A DNA stretch of 64,000 nt from Eledone cirrhosa. Its lineage: Eukaryota. A model generated the notes under the pieces. It did no database searches, was not told the DNA's origin, and saw nothing but the letters and a program-made list of their open reading frames with translations. The DNA lies in the NCBI GenBank assembly GCA_964016885.1, contig OZ024747.1, positions 65,658,001 to 65,722,000 on the forward strand. Reading direction: 5' to 3'. Positions within the stretch are counted from its first letter, which is position 1; each line of letters opens with the position of its first letter. Of this stretch, positions 13,476 to 26,349 are shown in pieces. Made by a program: the position numbers and the translations under genes.

Positions 13476-13784
13476 ATATGATACGTTCTACCTTGCAATC
13501 CACAATGACAAGAAACCTTGTAAATACAATGTCGATCATATCACACCATCTCCACCACCACACCACACATCGTCATGTGCATACCATACACGCCTACATC
13601 CTCATCCCCCCATGTTCCCTCTATCTACCCTAACTTGCAACCCCACGTTAAATTCGATCCTGTAACTACTGTCGCACGCACACACGACCACCGCCACCAC
13701 TAAATACATCCACATACTTCAACAATCATCATCAACACATATCACTCGATCCCAAATCGACTGTATTATATACCCCCCAGGGTG

Positions 13785-13968
13785 GGGGGTTGGCAGTCTC
13801 GGTAGAGGGTCGGACGCCATGCTTTCAAACATAGTTACGTCCCTTTACGATCTGAGTTCAAATCCCGCCTAGGTTGACTTTGCCTTTCATCCTTACGGGT
13901 GTCGATAAAATAAAGTACCAGTAATACACTGGCTATTTGCTGGCCTTGTGCCTAAAGTAGAAACAATT
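13785..13968 (+). mobile_element. tRNA-derived SINE
   Basis: A-box-like tggcagtctcggtag, B-box gagttcaaatccc, then the conserved core ggttgactttgcctttcatccttacggg...aaagtaccag. Confidence 0.85.
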
Positions 13969-14259
13969 ATATACCCCCACCCCCCGTATGCCTACCATAT
14001 AACACACTGTAACCTCTGATCATGTAATCATCTTGCCGAACATATCACCCCAGCACCACCACCATCACCATGTCCACAACACACATGGCCGTACGTCCAT
14101 AAACGCTTTTCCCCCCGCGTTCCCTATCTCACCTCTTAACCGGTATTCGATCCGGTATATATATTTTTGTCCCTCACAACTCCATCCACCACCACCACCA
14201 CCACAAAACACAACTCCATACTTCACCAACACCGACAAAACATACCTCCAACCAACAAT

Positions 14260-14575
14260 AGTGTGTGTGTCTGTGTGTAAGTATTTTACTCATACGGGCG
14301 TTTTAAGTGTGCGTGCGTGTACGCAAATTTATCTGTATGTGTGTGTGTGTGTGTGTATGTGAACACATGTATATACATATGTCTATGTGTGTGTATATAT
14401 ATATATATCTGTATATATATATATGTGTATGCATATGTGTATGTGCGTGTATATATGTATGTGTGTGTATGTGTACGTCTACATATATGTATATGGGTAA
14501 ATCTGACTATGTGTAGGTGAGCTCATATATGTGCATGTATGTATATATGTGCGTGTATGTGTGTGTTGTCGGTAC

Positions 14576-14639
<64 letters not shown>

Positions 14640-14935
14640 GTGTGTGAGTATACGTGTGTGGGAGTGTGTATGTGTATATCTTGCATACATGAGTGTGAGT
14701 CCTTCCCCCCATCTCTGTCGTTCGCCACCCCCACCGATACTCCACCACTCTCCATATTCGTGTCCGCATGCGCGCATGCACATACATGTGTGTACATATA
14801 CATATGGCTGTGTGTGAGCGTATGCCGATATGTGTGGGCAAGGATGTGCGTATGTGTCTTATGTTGTGTGTGTTTATACAACAATATATGTGCACATATA
14901 TACATATATGTGTGTACGTATACGTATATACAAGA
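14260..14935. repeat. (TG)n/(TA)n low-complexity tract
   Basis: Read directly from the sequence. Confidence 0.9.
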
Positions 14936-15889
14936 TATCTGTCAGACGAAGAGCGTCTATGTATCTATGTAAGGTCCTGACGCCACCAATACATCCACCA
15001 CACCACCAAAAACGCCGCTACCATAGACAAAGGCGCCACTACCACACGCCAGCCCGTCTACAGACAGTTCACTAACCTCACACCACAACCCATCCCACTA
15101 AATAACCTTAACCACCACCATATCTTCACATCCACACCAACATACTCGACACGCCAAGGCCAACCCACCACCACACCACAGCCCACCTCATCCACAGACC
15201 GTCACCAACATCTCACCATCACACCCACCCCCCATATACACTACAGGCCAGTACATCGCCTTGATCCTTCTCACCAATCAAAACATCTCATTTTGTCAAA
15301 CTCTTGAAACTCTGACTTTACCACATAGCATGTATTTCATTTTCTTATAGCATTTTAAGAGGGTCCGTCGAGCTGCCGATTATTGAGTCGGGTAGGATCG
15401 ATATAGATCGAACCTTGAGCTGATCAGTGGCGAAACGCGCGTCAAATATCAATAAATGCAATGAAGGAATAATCAACACTACAACTACCATCATGAAAAT
15501 TGCCAATGGTGTCAGAAAATATATATATCTCTGTATTGAGTATGAGGGGTGGGGGAGATTACGGCTGTCATCTCATTTTCTTTCATCAAGGCTAAGTCAT
15601 GTCGGGTTTGAAAACGTAATTCAAATGATGGCGGTGGTAGCGAGTGTTGTTGGTGTGGTGGTTTGGTGGCGGTGTGGTGTCGTAGTGGTGGCGTAGTGGT
15701 GGTGAAATATAAACCACGTGGAGTGGAACAAATATAATGAAATAAATAAATATATATATACAAATACATACATACATACACACATACATACATACATACA
15801 TACATACATACATACATACACACACACACATACATACACACATACACACATACATGTAGGTGATCTCTTTCTCTTAATTTCGAATATAT

Positions 15890-17035
15890 TTTTTGACCGG
15901 TCACCTTCCTGGTGGCAAGGTTGTAAAAGAAAAGAAATTGTCATCCCTTGAATCGCAAGAATGTTTTGCAAATTTTGAAGGTGCCAACTATCGCAGCCAC
16001 TTGTAGACTGAATTAGGGAGCTGCGCTCTTTGTCAGCAAATCCAAGTTCAGTCATACTTTGGTCCAAGCGGGTTGGTATATAACCCGTAGCTCCAATAAT
16101 GATGGGTATGAAGCTAAAGGTGTATTTTGGATACTGGATTTGTAAACTCCTCATCAATGGTCCGGAGATGTCCTCCTCCTGTATTTTTCTGACAACGTTT
16201 ACATCAAGTGGGCAGCTGATCTCCACAACACAACACGTTTTCAATGGGTGGTCCCAAACAACAATATCAGGCCGGTTGTGCTTTAATTTGGTGGCAGTTT
16301 TTATTTTCAGGTTCCACCAGTATTCCTTAGTGCCATCTGTCTCGATATATTCTTCCTCGTTTGTTGTTAATTTTGTTTTCCAAAGTGCGTTCCAGATGGT
16401 TCTAGCTATCCCATCGTGTCTCATGGGGAGGTAGTAGCGAGATGACATTCTTTCGCAGCTGGCAACAATGTCGCTTACATCTTCAATCTTTGTTTTACAT
16501 AAGCCTACGTTTATTGTCAGCTGATGGCCCTCCTCTTTTGTGCAGCAGATATTTGGTAGGGAGTTCTTGTTACTGTATTGCATAGAGATATCCCTCAAGG
16601 TGTCATGTCATAAACTTGTCGGAACTCCATGCCAGGCTTTTTGAGTGGTTTATCACCTCTATGGTCTGTGTTTTACGTCTCAAGTATACGTGCACAACTT
16701 TTTCTGTAAATTGGTCAATTTTTTCATCTTTGAACAGTGAATAGGATCTTCCGATTTCTCTGGGTGAGAGATTTATATCAGGCTTTATTCCATATCTCTC
16801 CTCCAGATCAGTGGCTATCCTAATGATATTTTTTTTTTCATGCTCATAAACCTGGGCCATAAAACTTTTCCTCTGTTGAAGATGTTGCTTCAGTGTTACT
16901 ATCCGGGTGTCATATGATGTTAATATGGATTTTAGACCCCGGCCACCTTCCTTGCATGACAAGTACAGCCTATCCACATAACCAAAGTTCCCAGTAACAC
17001 TGACAAGTTTTCGAGTTCTAACATCTATCTCTCTT
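15890..17035 (-). mobile_element. RLE-type non-LTR retrotransposon (R4/Dong-like) 3' fragment
   Basis: RLYL...EGGRGLKSI, a degenerate CCHC knuckle (LCK...IVASC), RHD.IAR, restriction-like endonuclease NRPDIVVWD...VVEISCPLD and FIPIIIGATG; frameshifted. Confidence 0.9.
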
Positions 17036-17100
17036 AAGTATGTGATATTTACATCTCAAATGATATATATATACAGGGTGTTTCCAAAAATGTGTAAAGT

Positions 17101-17215
17101 TTATTCCGAGTTCAATCACAGCTAACAACAGTAAGTAAGGTACTCAATTCATAACAGAGTATAAATATTTAATATAGTAATGACTTCTACATGACTAACT
17201 GTTTCATTCAGGAGA
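17101..17215 (-). mobile_element. Penelope-like terminal fragment, truncated
   Basis: Matches 9420-9530 (cagtaagtaaggtactcaat...agagtataa...ctgtttcattca). Confidence 0.6.
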
Positions 17216-17334
17216 ATTATATACGTGCGTGCGTGTGTTTTAATGACCATATACATACATCCCTCCCCTCAAACAGTCCTTCACAATGTCTGGTTCCGGT
17301 TTCTCATCATTGTCAAGTCACACGTTAGCACGTT

Positions 17335-17590
17335 TTGTATTGAGAAGTGTCCATCCAATTCACAGTACTTGGATCCGATACTGTGCTGCCGCTGTGAAAG
17401 GGGTTTCGAGCGGCCAACTGGACTGTCACTTCTCATAACAGTGCAATCTAGTCCCAGGCTGCCACGGTCGTCTTTCGTATTGAGAAGTATCCATCGCGGG
17501 GAGAGGGCCCGGCTCCGAAATTGGGGTGCCGCTGTGAGAAGGATTCGGTGCGGCAAACTGGCCTCTTCCTCCTCATAATGATATCACTGG
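17335..17590 (+). pseudogene. Two degenerate C2H2-like zinc-finger units (140-bp spacing)
   Basis: CCRCERGFERPTGLSL and GCRCEKDSVRQTGLFL; repeated gtattgagaagt...tgccgctgtga...aactgg...ctcataa; the His ligands are lost. Confidence 0.45.
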
Positions 17591-17793
17591 TCACTTCGCA
17601 TAGTTGTGCCATCCAACGCCATGCTCCAAAACTGGCTGTCGCTACATTGTCAGCTGTAAAATACTCAGCCGAAAAGAGTGTTTGGGACATAAAGGTTTTT
17701 AGATAAATATAAACACTTAGAGCGTGATTCTCGGGGAGATTCAGCATCAAACATTCATCTATATATACCACAGACAAATTATATATATAATAT

Positions 17794-17892
17794 ACAGTTC
17801 TACTCCTGCAGAAGACATTTCTAGATTCAATATTTATACTCTGCTATGTATTGAGTACCTTACTGTGGTTACCCCAGATTGAACCTGGGACC
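17794..17892 (+). mobile_element. Penelope-like terminal fragment, inverted relative to the 17101 copy
   Basis: tatactctgctatgtattgagtaccttactgtggttacc is the reverse complement of part of 9440-9485. Confidence 0.6.
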
Positions 17893-18697
17893 AACTCACA
17901 CACACATTTTTATATATACACCTACCCATACACATGCACTCAGTTTGACATACGCACAGATACATTCTGATATAATGGCTGCGGTTAAAGATCGGAAGTA
18001 GGGTGTATGTCAGAAATTAGATTCTTTTATTGTTAACAAAGAACAAAGAACATGGCGGTAAATGTTGACTGACTCCAAAAGATAAAAAATAAATATTCGT
18101 TAATTTTTTTAAAATTATATTTCAGCTTTTCTTTGTAAATATTCATTTCCTCTCAATAATCTATGACATATCATCACTGTTAGATACACATGTGTATTAT
18201 CGGAATCAAAGAAACAACAACACGCGTAATTGTCTGTATCTCTATAACTGTGTCTTTCTATCTAACCCCCGCCCCCTCCTCTCTCTATATATACATATAT
18301 CTTTCTATCAGTATGTCTATCTTTCACCAATTCTATTTCCTTCACTTTGACTACGTAGCCCAACTGGTGGCGACAGTGTTGGTGTAGTGGTGTGTTGGTG
18401 GTGTGTGTTGGTGTGGTGGCGTGGTGGTGTGGTGGTGTGGTGGTGTTGTGGTGATGAAATATCAACCACGTGGAACACAAAATAGAATGAATACTACTAC
18501 TAATACTACAAACAACAATAATAATTGTTTCTGCTTTGGGCAAAATGCAAACATTTTGAGAGGACGCTCTACCGATTACTGCAGGCACGTTACCCATCTA
18601 ATAATAATATACTGTACATAAAAATCACAACACCATACATAATGACTGCGCCCTCGTTATCGAGTATGGCCATTGCGAGATATAACATTATTGATAA

Positions 18698-19860
18698 CTA
18701 GCAGTTTAGCCCGGCGTTACTCGGGTTTGTTCATTTGCTATGAAAAGTTACATACAGGTAAACGTAGCTTGAAAGCGCATAATCTTATCAATTAAGTGCA
18801 TAAAGCAGTTGAACCGGTTATTAATAGTTACAAACCAATTAGCATTTTGGACAATCAATGATGGCTTAATAATCTTCCAATAGCGAATTTAGTAGAACAA
18901 AGTTGCAAGATGGTGGCCCTGGTGCCGCTGCGTGTCAGATCTGTCCGCTATGGGTGACCCAACCAGTTTTCCAGACGGCATAACTCAAACATCTATAGCA
19001 CTTCATAGTAGACGATATTGCGTGTCATCCCTTGAGGAGTGTAAGCAAAAAGTCCATTCCTGCTCCATACGCGGAAACTGGCAACAAAGTTGGCCATGGG
19101 AGAAGCATGGCTCCCCCAAATGGATGACCGCCACCAACAATGTTTGCCCTTGTGACTTGTTAATGGACTTGGAAAAAAAAAAAAATGGTCTCACCGGGAA
19201 TTGGGATCGCCGGAAATCGAACGGGATATCTGACGCCGAGAGGCAAAGGTTCATCCTTGGAATGAAAACATTCTCCCCTCTCCAGCACCCCGTTACAATG
19301 GTGGCCTCAATCAAGTGCAGCGTCAGTGACTTGACGACCATGCGAGTACCGTTGCACTGCTTTGGTGGACGCAAGTTCCTTATTAGCATAATGGGACAGC
19401 CAACCCTAAGCTTAAGAATAAGAGGTGGGAGCCCTGGGGAATTTAATAACTCAACCGGATAATTAACGATATCGTCGGGGTCTGACGCCAGGTCGATAGA
19501 TTTGAAGATGTCTTCTTTACCGGGAATCTTCTCAATCAGCTGCTCGTTAATAAAATTAACCATGGTATTTTTCCGAGCAAGGATGGCTCTTTCGCTGAGC
19601 TAATCGAGGTTTTTAAAGTTAGATGAGACATTAGAAAAAACTGCTTCCAAAAGGTCAGAAGGGCTGCTCACAATGTTGCACAGGGAGTCGATTGCTATTC
19701 CGCCTTTGTCATCCGCAGGGACCTTGCCCTCACAAAGTGCTAAAATATTCTGACCAAATGCTGCAGACATGTCACCATGCAAATGAGCACGCATATTTGT
19801 GCTCAAGTACAAACTCTTCACCTGGAGCCACAACATGGACGACTTAAGGCAGGCAGGCAC
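18698..19860 (-). mobile_element. Helitron 3' portion with Pif1-family helicase C-terminal remnant
   Basis: 3' CTAG at 18698 with hairpin cccggcgttactcggg. Protein motifs: LSTNMRA, GLPPLILKLRVGCPIMLIRNL...CNGTR, VFIPRM, RRSQFPVR, INKSQGQTL and FSHGQL. Confidence 0.9.
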
Positions 19861-19864
19861 GCAC

Positions 19865-20352
19865 TTCTGCTCTTGTCAAGGTGAACGGCTACTTCTCGGA
19901 GCCGTTCGAAATCGCGCGGTCCATCCGACAAGGGTGCCCTCTCTCCTCCCTTCTGTATGTAATGACTAGAGCCACTGCTGCAGAAGTTGGAGTTGTTAAT
20001 GCCGTCGTCGGGCGGAGGTGGCGAACACATCTACTACCGCCTGACCGTCGTGCCTTGCCCAAGGGAAACGCTCTCCAAAATGGAGCGCACACTCTTCCAA
20101 TTCCTTTGGAAGAAGCGGGCTCCTATGGTGAGGAGATCCATCTGCTGTCAACACCCTTCGAAAGGAGGGCTGAGATGCCGTGGCTGGTGATGCGTAAACA
20201 CGCATTAAGGCTACGGCACCTCCAGGTATTCATCACCGGTCAACCGGTGTGGGCCCCGTTTGTGAGGGGAGCCTTTCCCAGACTCGTCTCGCTCACCGAG
20301 CTGCAATCCTGGGTCAAGCAAAGACCGAGAAAATCACCCAGACACCTTTGGT
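19865..20352 (+). mobile_element. L1/Tx1-clade LINE RT fragment
   Basis: VNGYFSEPFEIARSIRQGCPLSSLLYV, LFQFLWK, HPSKGGL and HALRLRHL; internally deleted. Confidence 0.8.
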
Positions 20353-20773
20353 AATGCTGTTTCGCAAAATTAATTGTGAAGAGGAATACCAATTCTTGCT
20401 CATCAGTGGATGAAGAATTATTATCATGGACATTTCTAAGTATATTAAAAAACTGAATAGTGTGCGTATATATAACGCACATGGTATCTGAACTTAGCGT
20501 GTCTCACAAACTCCCACCACTAAAGATAGCAGCCAAGTTTGTATTTATTTTATTGATTTATTCTTAAATTGTCTATAGTTAGTATTCTTTTCACCTTAGC
20601 GAATCTCATGCCTTACTATTTGAACACATGTATATATCTGTGTTCGTTTTTCTTTTATATTCAATTATGATATATATATATATATATTTATTAAAATAAC
20701 AGATTAAAGTTTAAGCAAAGAATCGCTGCTTTCACCCTTAACGGGATCTTCTGAAACTCACATACATACGTAC

Positions 20774-20822
<49 letters not shown>

Positions 20823-20869
20823 TATCTGCGCATGCGCGCGTGTGTGTGTGAATGTGGCGAAGATTAACG

Positions 20870-21134
20870 TCATTGCTGACGTCATGGATCATAATGTCGT
20901 TATGCAGACAGCCAGACATACAAACAGATATTATAAGGGCACGATGGAGATCGATAACTGGTGCCTAACACCTCTTTAAAAACAGAAAATTGAAAAATAA
21001 AAGCTCCAGTTAATATCTTTAGACCACAAGGAATATATAAATGCAAGTTTGAAGCCAATCAGAGTAGAAATGTGGATTTGTATAGACTTTGCAAAAATGA
21101 GGAGAGACACACACAGTTTTATATATATATATGA
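20870..21134 (-). mobile_element. Helitron 5' terminal fragment
   Basis: atgcagacagccagacata...ataagggc matches the 1683 and 12665 elements; minus-strand start A|TC-atatatatatataaaac at 21134. Confidence 0.55.
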
Positions 21135-22094
21135 TATGAGTGTGCGGCGTTGTATCTATATCTTTCTAATTATGTCACTGAAAACATTGCCTTTCTTTTC
21201 ACATTTTAGAAATGACACTGTTCAATTATATGACCTTATAGAAGTGTCTAGAAGAGAGAGAGAGATTAAGCATACCTTATGGTTTGGCACCACTGGGTCG
21301 GGCCTCTTTTCGTGGCAGGGTCTCCTTAGCTCCAGGGAAGTATTTCTCAAAACCATCTGGTACATTGCTGTTGCGTAGCAGAGCCCAGTCCTTCATTATG
21401 GACAACAACGGCCGTGGTGAAGCAGTTACATATTTAGAGGTAACGTAGGAATGACGATATATCTGAAATAGAGATTTTAGGGGTTATAAAGGGCCAGGGT
21501 TAAAGGTGGGGTAGATATGATATATCTGAATATATAGAATGGTGGTGTTGGTGGTGATGTAGTGTGATGGTGGTAGTGTAGTATGGCAGTGTTATAGTGT
21601 CTGGTAGTGCTGTAGTGTGTGGTAGTGTTCTAATGTAGGTTCAGTATGTGATGGTGGGGCTTCAATGGTTAGTGTGCTGCACTCATAAACATAACATCAA
21701 ACCCTAGGTCTGGCAGCACATTGCATTAATAAGCCAGTTGCTTCATTTCAAGTTTTTCGGGATAGAACTGGAGTCTATCATTACAACAACCGGGAAACCT
21801 CCTATGTGAGGACACCCTTGTCCATCTACCTATCTATATACATAGATCCACACACAAATGTTTATGGATCTGTATTTTTGTGTATGAAAAAAATGGAAAA
21901 AATTAAAATCTCAAGTAAGGCTACTCTATAATTTAACTATTTGGTTCTTTGTTGGGTGTGGGTGTGTTTTATTTAGAAAGTTCAGACAGACAGCCATACA
22001 GATACATGATATGAGGGCGACGCGTCGTATCAATGTATCTAATTATTTGTCACTTCAAAGCTTGCTTGCTTTTCTTTTAACATTAAGTGTATGC

Positions 22095-22125
<31 letters not shown>

Positions 22126-22134
22126 AAAGAGAGA

Positions 22135-22462
22135 AAGCATACCTTTTGGTTTGGCACCACTGGGTCGGGCCTCTTTTCGGGGTGGGGGTCTTCTTAGTTC
22201 CAGGGAAGTATTTCTCAGTGTCCGAATTGTCCTCACATTCAGAGTGCCCATAAGCCTTGACAACCTTAGTGCTGTTAAATCGACTACATGGTTCTTTTAT
22301 TATTTCACCCATAAATGGGGCCCTAACAGGTAACACTGCTCCGGGCCAGAGCAGACCTGGGAGTTATGACAACTAAGGGGTAACTCCACATTCCCCACAG
22401 CTCATGAATTGCCGAAATGGAGCCTTGTCACTGGATGTAGTTTAATGTCATACCCAGGACAA
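22135..22462 (-). mobile_element. Internally deleted RTE-type element (5'UTR, start of APE endonuclease, 3' end)
   Basis: Minus strand starts tgtcctgggtatgacattaaac; its ORF contains GTLNVRT (APE N-terminus). The 3' part recurs at 21265-21350 and the 5' part recurs in every array unit. Confidence 0.7.
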
Positions 22463-22873
22463 TATGTGTGTGTCATTATATATATATATATATATATATA
22501 TGATAGATAGATATATACACGGGTGTGTATGATTATGTATAGAAGATTATATTAATAAAAGGAATTCCAACTTTGATTTACTCGCTTTATTTACAATCCT
22601 TTAAAATTTATAGTATTAGAATGAAATAGTATGGTAGAATATTAAATGTTAAGTGTTAATTGAACAAGTACTTTCATGCTTTCGCAATCTTCAGGTTCAT
22701 AATGTGTGGTGACAGTCAAGTTTGCAATTTTCAACTGTAATGAGATGGGTAAATTTTGCCACTGTGAAAAGTGGCTCCAGAATGCTAAATCTTGAAAACT
22801 GTATTTCGACCAATCGGTGTGTAGTTTCACTGGATTACTAAAGCTGATTGGTTTAGGCGTCACAGTTGGTTGA

Positions 22874-22913
<40 letters not shown>

Positions 22914-22937
22914 GTTTGACAGATTTAACCTGAAGCA

Positions 22938-23262
22938 TACGGAAAATACAGGATAAAGAGTAAAATGTACAGATCGTTTCAATAACTATTTCATCTCCCA
23001 GACAGATTAGAGATTTAATCTGTTTCGCCCTGAGAATTGTGTTTGTAACAGATAATCCGTAGGCATCATCAGCGAGAGATAAGATGAAATGTGACAAACA
23101 CCTAAAACTAAAAGCTACACGAATGAATATTTCACCTCGTGCGAGCAAACGGAAAATACAGGATAGAGTAAAATGTACACACAGTTTCAATAACTATTTC
23201 ATCTCCCGGACAGATTAGAGATTTAATCTGTTTCGCCCTGAGAATTGTGTTTGTAACAGATC
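22938..23262 (+). repeat. Direct duplication of ~115 bp, ~210 bp apart
   Basis: acggaaaatacaggata...gagaattgtgtttgtaacagat occurs at ~22938 and ~23148. Confidence 0.85.
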
Positions 23263-23899
23263 AGGAGACTGACTATTGTGCGTATATAAATTAACGCACA
23301 TGGCATAAATACATACATCTAATTATATGTCAGTTAAAACCTTGCCTTTCTTTTCACATTTTACAGACAGCCACAATGCTGAATTATATGATCTTATGTC
23401 AGTGTATGGGAGAGAGAGAGAGGGGGGGGGGTGAGCAAGCCAGGGTTTAGTCCCACATTTAAGATCATAGGTAACATTTATCATATAAGAAGCTTCAAGA
23501 AAGTCATTAAAATGCCAGTCTCTGAAAATGTGAATATTGTCCTGTGCTACTGTTTCCTTGTGGGAATGATGGGTTTCGGGTTGGTTTGAAAAGGATTGAC
23601 AACCACACACTCACACCCACTGGTTATCGGTTTCAGGTTAGGCAAGGTGACTAATGTTGTCGTGAAGAGCAGGTGGCTGATGCAGCAATATGCTGTAGAT
23701 GCCCAGGGAAAAATACAATGCTGTCACCTCAAAATGGCCGTAACAATCGAACCGTGATGTGAGCTGAAAAGTATGAGGGTTTCTATGATGCTGAGGGAGA
23801 TTCAGTAAATGAAGGCCGGAGAATTGTTCTTCCACCTTCAATCTATGGTTCCCAATCGCTTCTACACTGAGTGCTTTCAGAATTCGATGACTGTGGTTC

Positions 23900-25560
23900 G
23901 ACATGGTAAAGTCGTCTTATTTCATCACGGTAACAACTAACTAACTGGGATGAAATAAAAAATAATTTGCACCCTAGTCAAGAACCTAGAGACCGTCCTG
24001 ATATTTGTGCAAGATTCTTCAACATCAAGTATGACAGCCTCATGGGTGACATACTGAAAAAGAAAATGTCCTAGGAAAAGTTGTTGCTCGTTCTGCTACA
24101 ATAGAGTGGCAGAAACAAGGCCCCACTCATGCTCATATTCTGCAGATAATGGCTGAAGATAGTAAGCACAACACTGCTGATGACATTGATCAGGTAGTGT
24201 ACTGTGAGATTCCAATTCTACAGAAGATCATCCCCATCTTGCAACATTCATGGCCCATGTGGACAAGTTAATATGATGTGCTCATGAAAGGAAGGGCTAG
24301 GACAACAATAACAATGCTCGAACAGTTATCCCAAGGCAAACCGCATTTGTTGCCAAAAGTTCCTTTTCAAAGTATAGAAGAAGGGGTAGACAGCATGGTC
24401 AATTGTGAGGTTGTCTACAGTGTCAAGGTTGTTAACTACTTAAAGTACATCACAAAAGGATCAGACAAAATCACTTTCACTATTAAGGATGATCGAGGAA
24501 ATTGTGTCCATGCTCGAAATGAAATTGAGACCTATATCAATGCATGGTACATCTCAGCCAGTGAAGCATTCTGGAAAGTTGCCTTGCCATTTACCTGGGG
24601 AACAAATGGTCGTGTTTGAGCAAGGGCAGGAAGAAAGTTCTTTCTAGGGGACAGCCAATGACTAAGTTCACGGAATATTTTCAACTGAATATTAGAGACC
24701 CGCTGGAACAAGATATATTGTATATTGATATTCCTAAATATTTCACTTGGACAAACAAAAAATGGCAAAGAAAAAAAGGGGACATCTGGATGGTGATCAA
24801 CAATTTATGAGTGAATCTCTTGGACGCATTCTCAGAAGACATCAATCTGAATTATATTACCTCAGAATGATCATACATCACAAGGCTGGGTAAACTTCAT
24901 ATAAAGATTAACTTAGTCTGTTGGTCCTCAGCTGCCACAGATCTTCTGCACCATTTAATTGCACTGCATGCCAAATGACCCTCTGCAGTTCTGGGAGAAA
25001 TAGAAGAATTGTCTTGCAGAGGATATCATGCATGAACGTCATGAGCAATTCATGTCCATGCAAACAAATAAATCAACTTCTGCCAACATTGAATCCTCAG
25101 CAACTGGTTCTTTTTCACAAAGTAATTACCTCTGTAAATGAAAATGAGGGCAGAATTTTCTGCTTGAATGCAAGTGCAGGTACAGGTCATAAGCATTCTA
25201 ATGGATTACCTCCAATGTAAAAAAATAATTGCACTTGCCACTGCCATATCTGGAATAGCAGCCACTTTGCTTCACAAACGAAGAACTCTTCATTCCAAGT
25301 GCACGATTCCTCTCAATATGACTGCTGAATCAACTTGCTTCTTCACAAAGAGGGATGACACAGGTAAACTTATGCAGCAAGCTGACCTGTTAATCATTGA
25401 TGAGAGAGGTATGGGACATAAGAATATCTTTCAATGCCTGACAGGAGTTTCAAAGATGTTCGAGATTGCAAAAAGCCATTTAGTGGTATCTGGTGACTAA
25501 AACCAAATTCTTCCAGTTCTACGTCATGGTGATAGACCACAAATAGTTGAAACAACCTTC
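23900..25560 (+). mobile_element. Degenerate autonomous Helitron RepHel (HUH Rep plus Pif1 helicase) pseudogene
   Basis: YFITVT, DRPDICARFF, IEWQKQGPTHAHIL (HUH), HGPCG, KYITKGSD, YISASEAFW, LYIDIPKYFTW, EYYLRM, ASAGTG (Walker A), ATAISGIAATLL...RTLHS, LLIIDE (Walker B) and QILPV. Confidence 0.92.
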
Positions 25561-25956
25561 AAGGGCAGACATTTATCTACAAACACAATTCTCACGTATG
25601 TTGCATTATCACAAAAAAGAAAATATTAAAATATTAAATGAAAGGTGTCTGTTTGCTGGCAACTGTGTCTACAAAGAAATTCTACAGTCATGTGAAACAG
25701 CTATCACTCTTTTAGTTGAAATGCATTTCAGTTTCTTTTTAAATGATAGAAAAGGGACACTACAAAAACTTATGTCTATATATACTAGCAGAAAAACGCC
25801 CAAAGGGCAGTTCTTCAGCTAGCATATATAAATATATGTCGTCTCTCTCGGTGTATGTGTGTGTATGTGTGCATATATATATAATGATAAAATGCGAAAT
25901 ACTTTCAGATGTTAAAGTCCTTTATTGATAATGCTGCGATACATATTTGTATGACG

Positions 25957-25987
<31 letters not shown>

Positions 25988-26061
25988 TAACAGGGGAGAG
26001 TCATATTGTTATAAATATTGCAAGAAATAATAACAGAACACACGGTTTGGTTTGGGTTGTT

Positions 26062-26340
26062 TTTCGGTGTAGGTGTTGATGAATGGCTTGTGAGGACATT
26101 GCAAGCTTTGTACAGAGGTGCTGTCAGTAAAGTGAGGGTAGGAATGGAGTTTAGTGACAAATTCCAGATACAAGTAGGAATACATCCTGTTTACAGAAAC
26201 TTATCTATGCTGATGATAAAATCAGTAGAAGAGCTTGAGAATAAATTCTGGCTATGAAAACAGAGTTGGAATTAAGAGGACTGAGAGTGAACATAGCTAA
26301 GACAAAATTGTTGATGAGTAGAAAAGAGGACAAAACTCAG
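26062..26340 (+). mobile_element. RTE RT middle fragment
   Basis: GVDEWLVRTLQALYRGAVSKVRVG...QVGIH; ends with ttgatgagtagaaaagaggacaaaactc, identical to 29733-29760 in the array unit. Confidence 0.85.
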
Positions 26341-26349
26341 CGGAGAAGG

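Noticed and set aside
17970-18130. Plus-strand promoter or first exon (AATGGCTGC, CGGAAGT, ATGGCG|GTAAAT)
   Set aside because: Short motifs only, with no convincing downstream coding exon.
18932-19462. 176-aa plus-strand ORF
   Set aside because: Antisense shadow of the Helitron helicase remnant.
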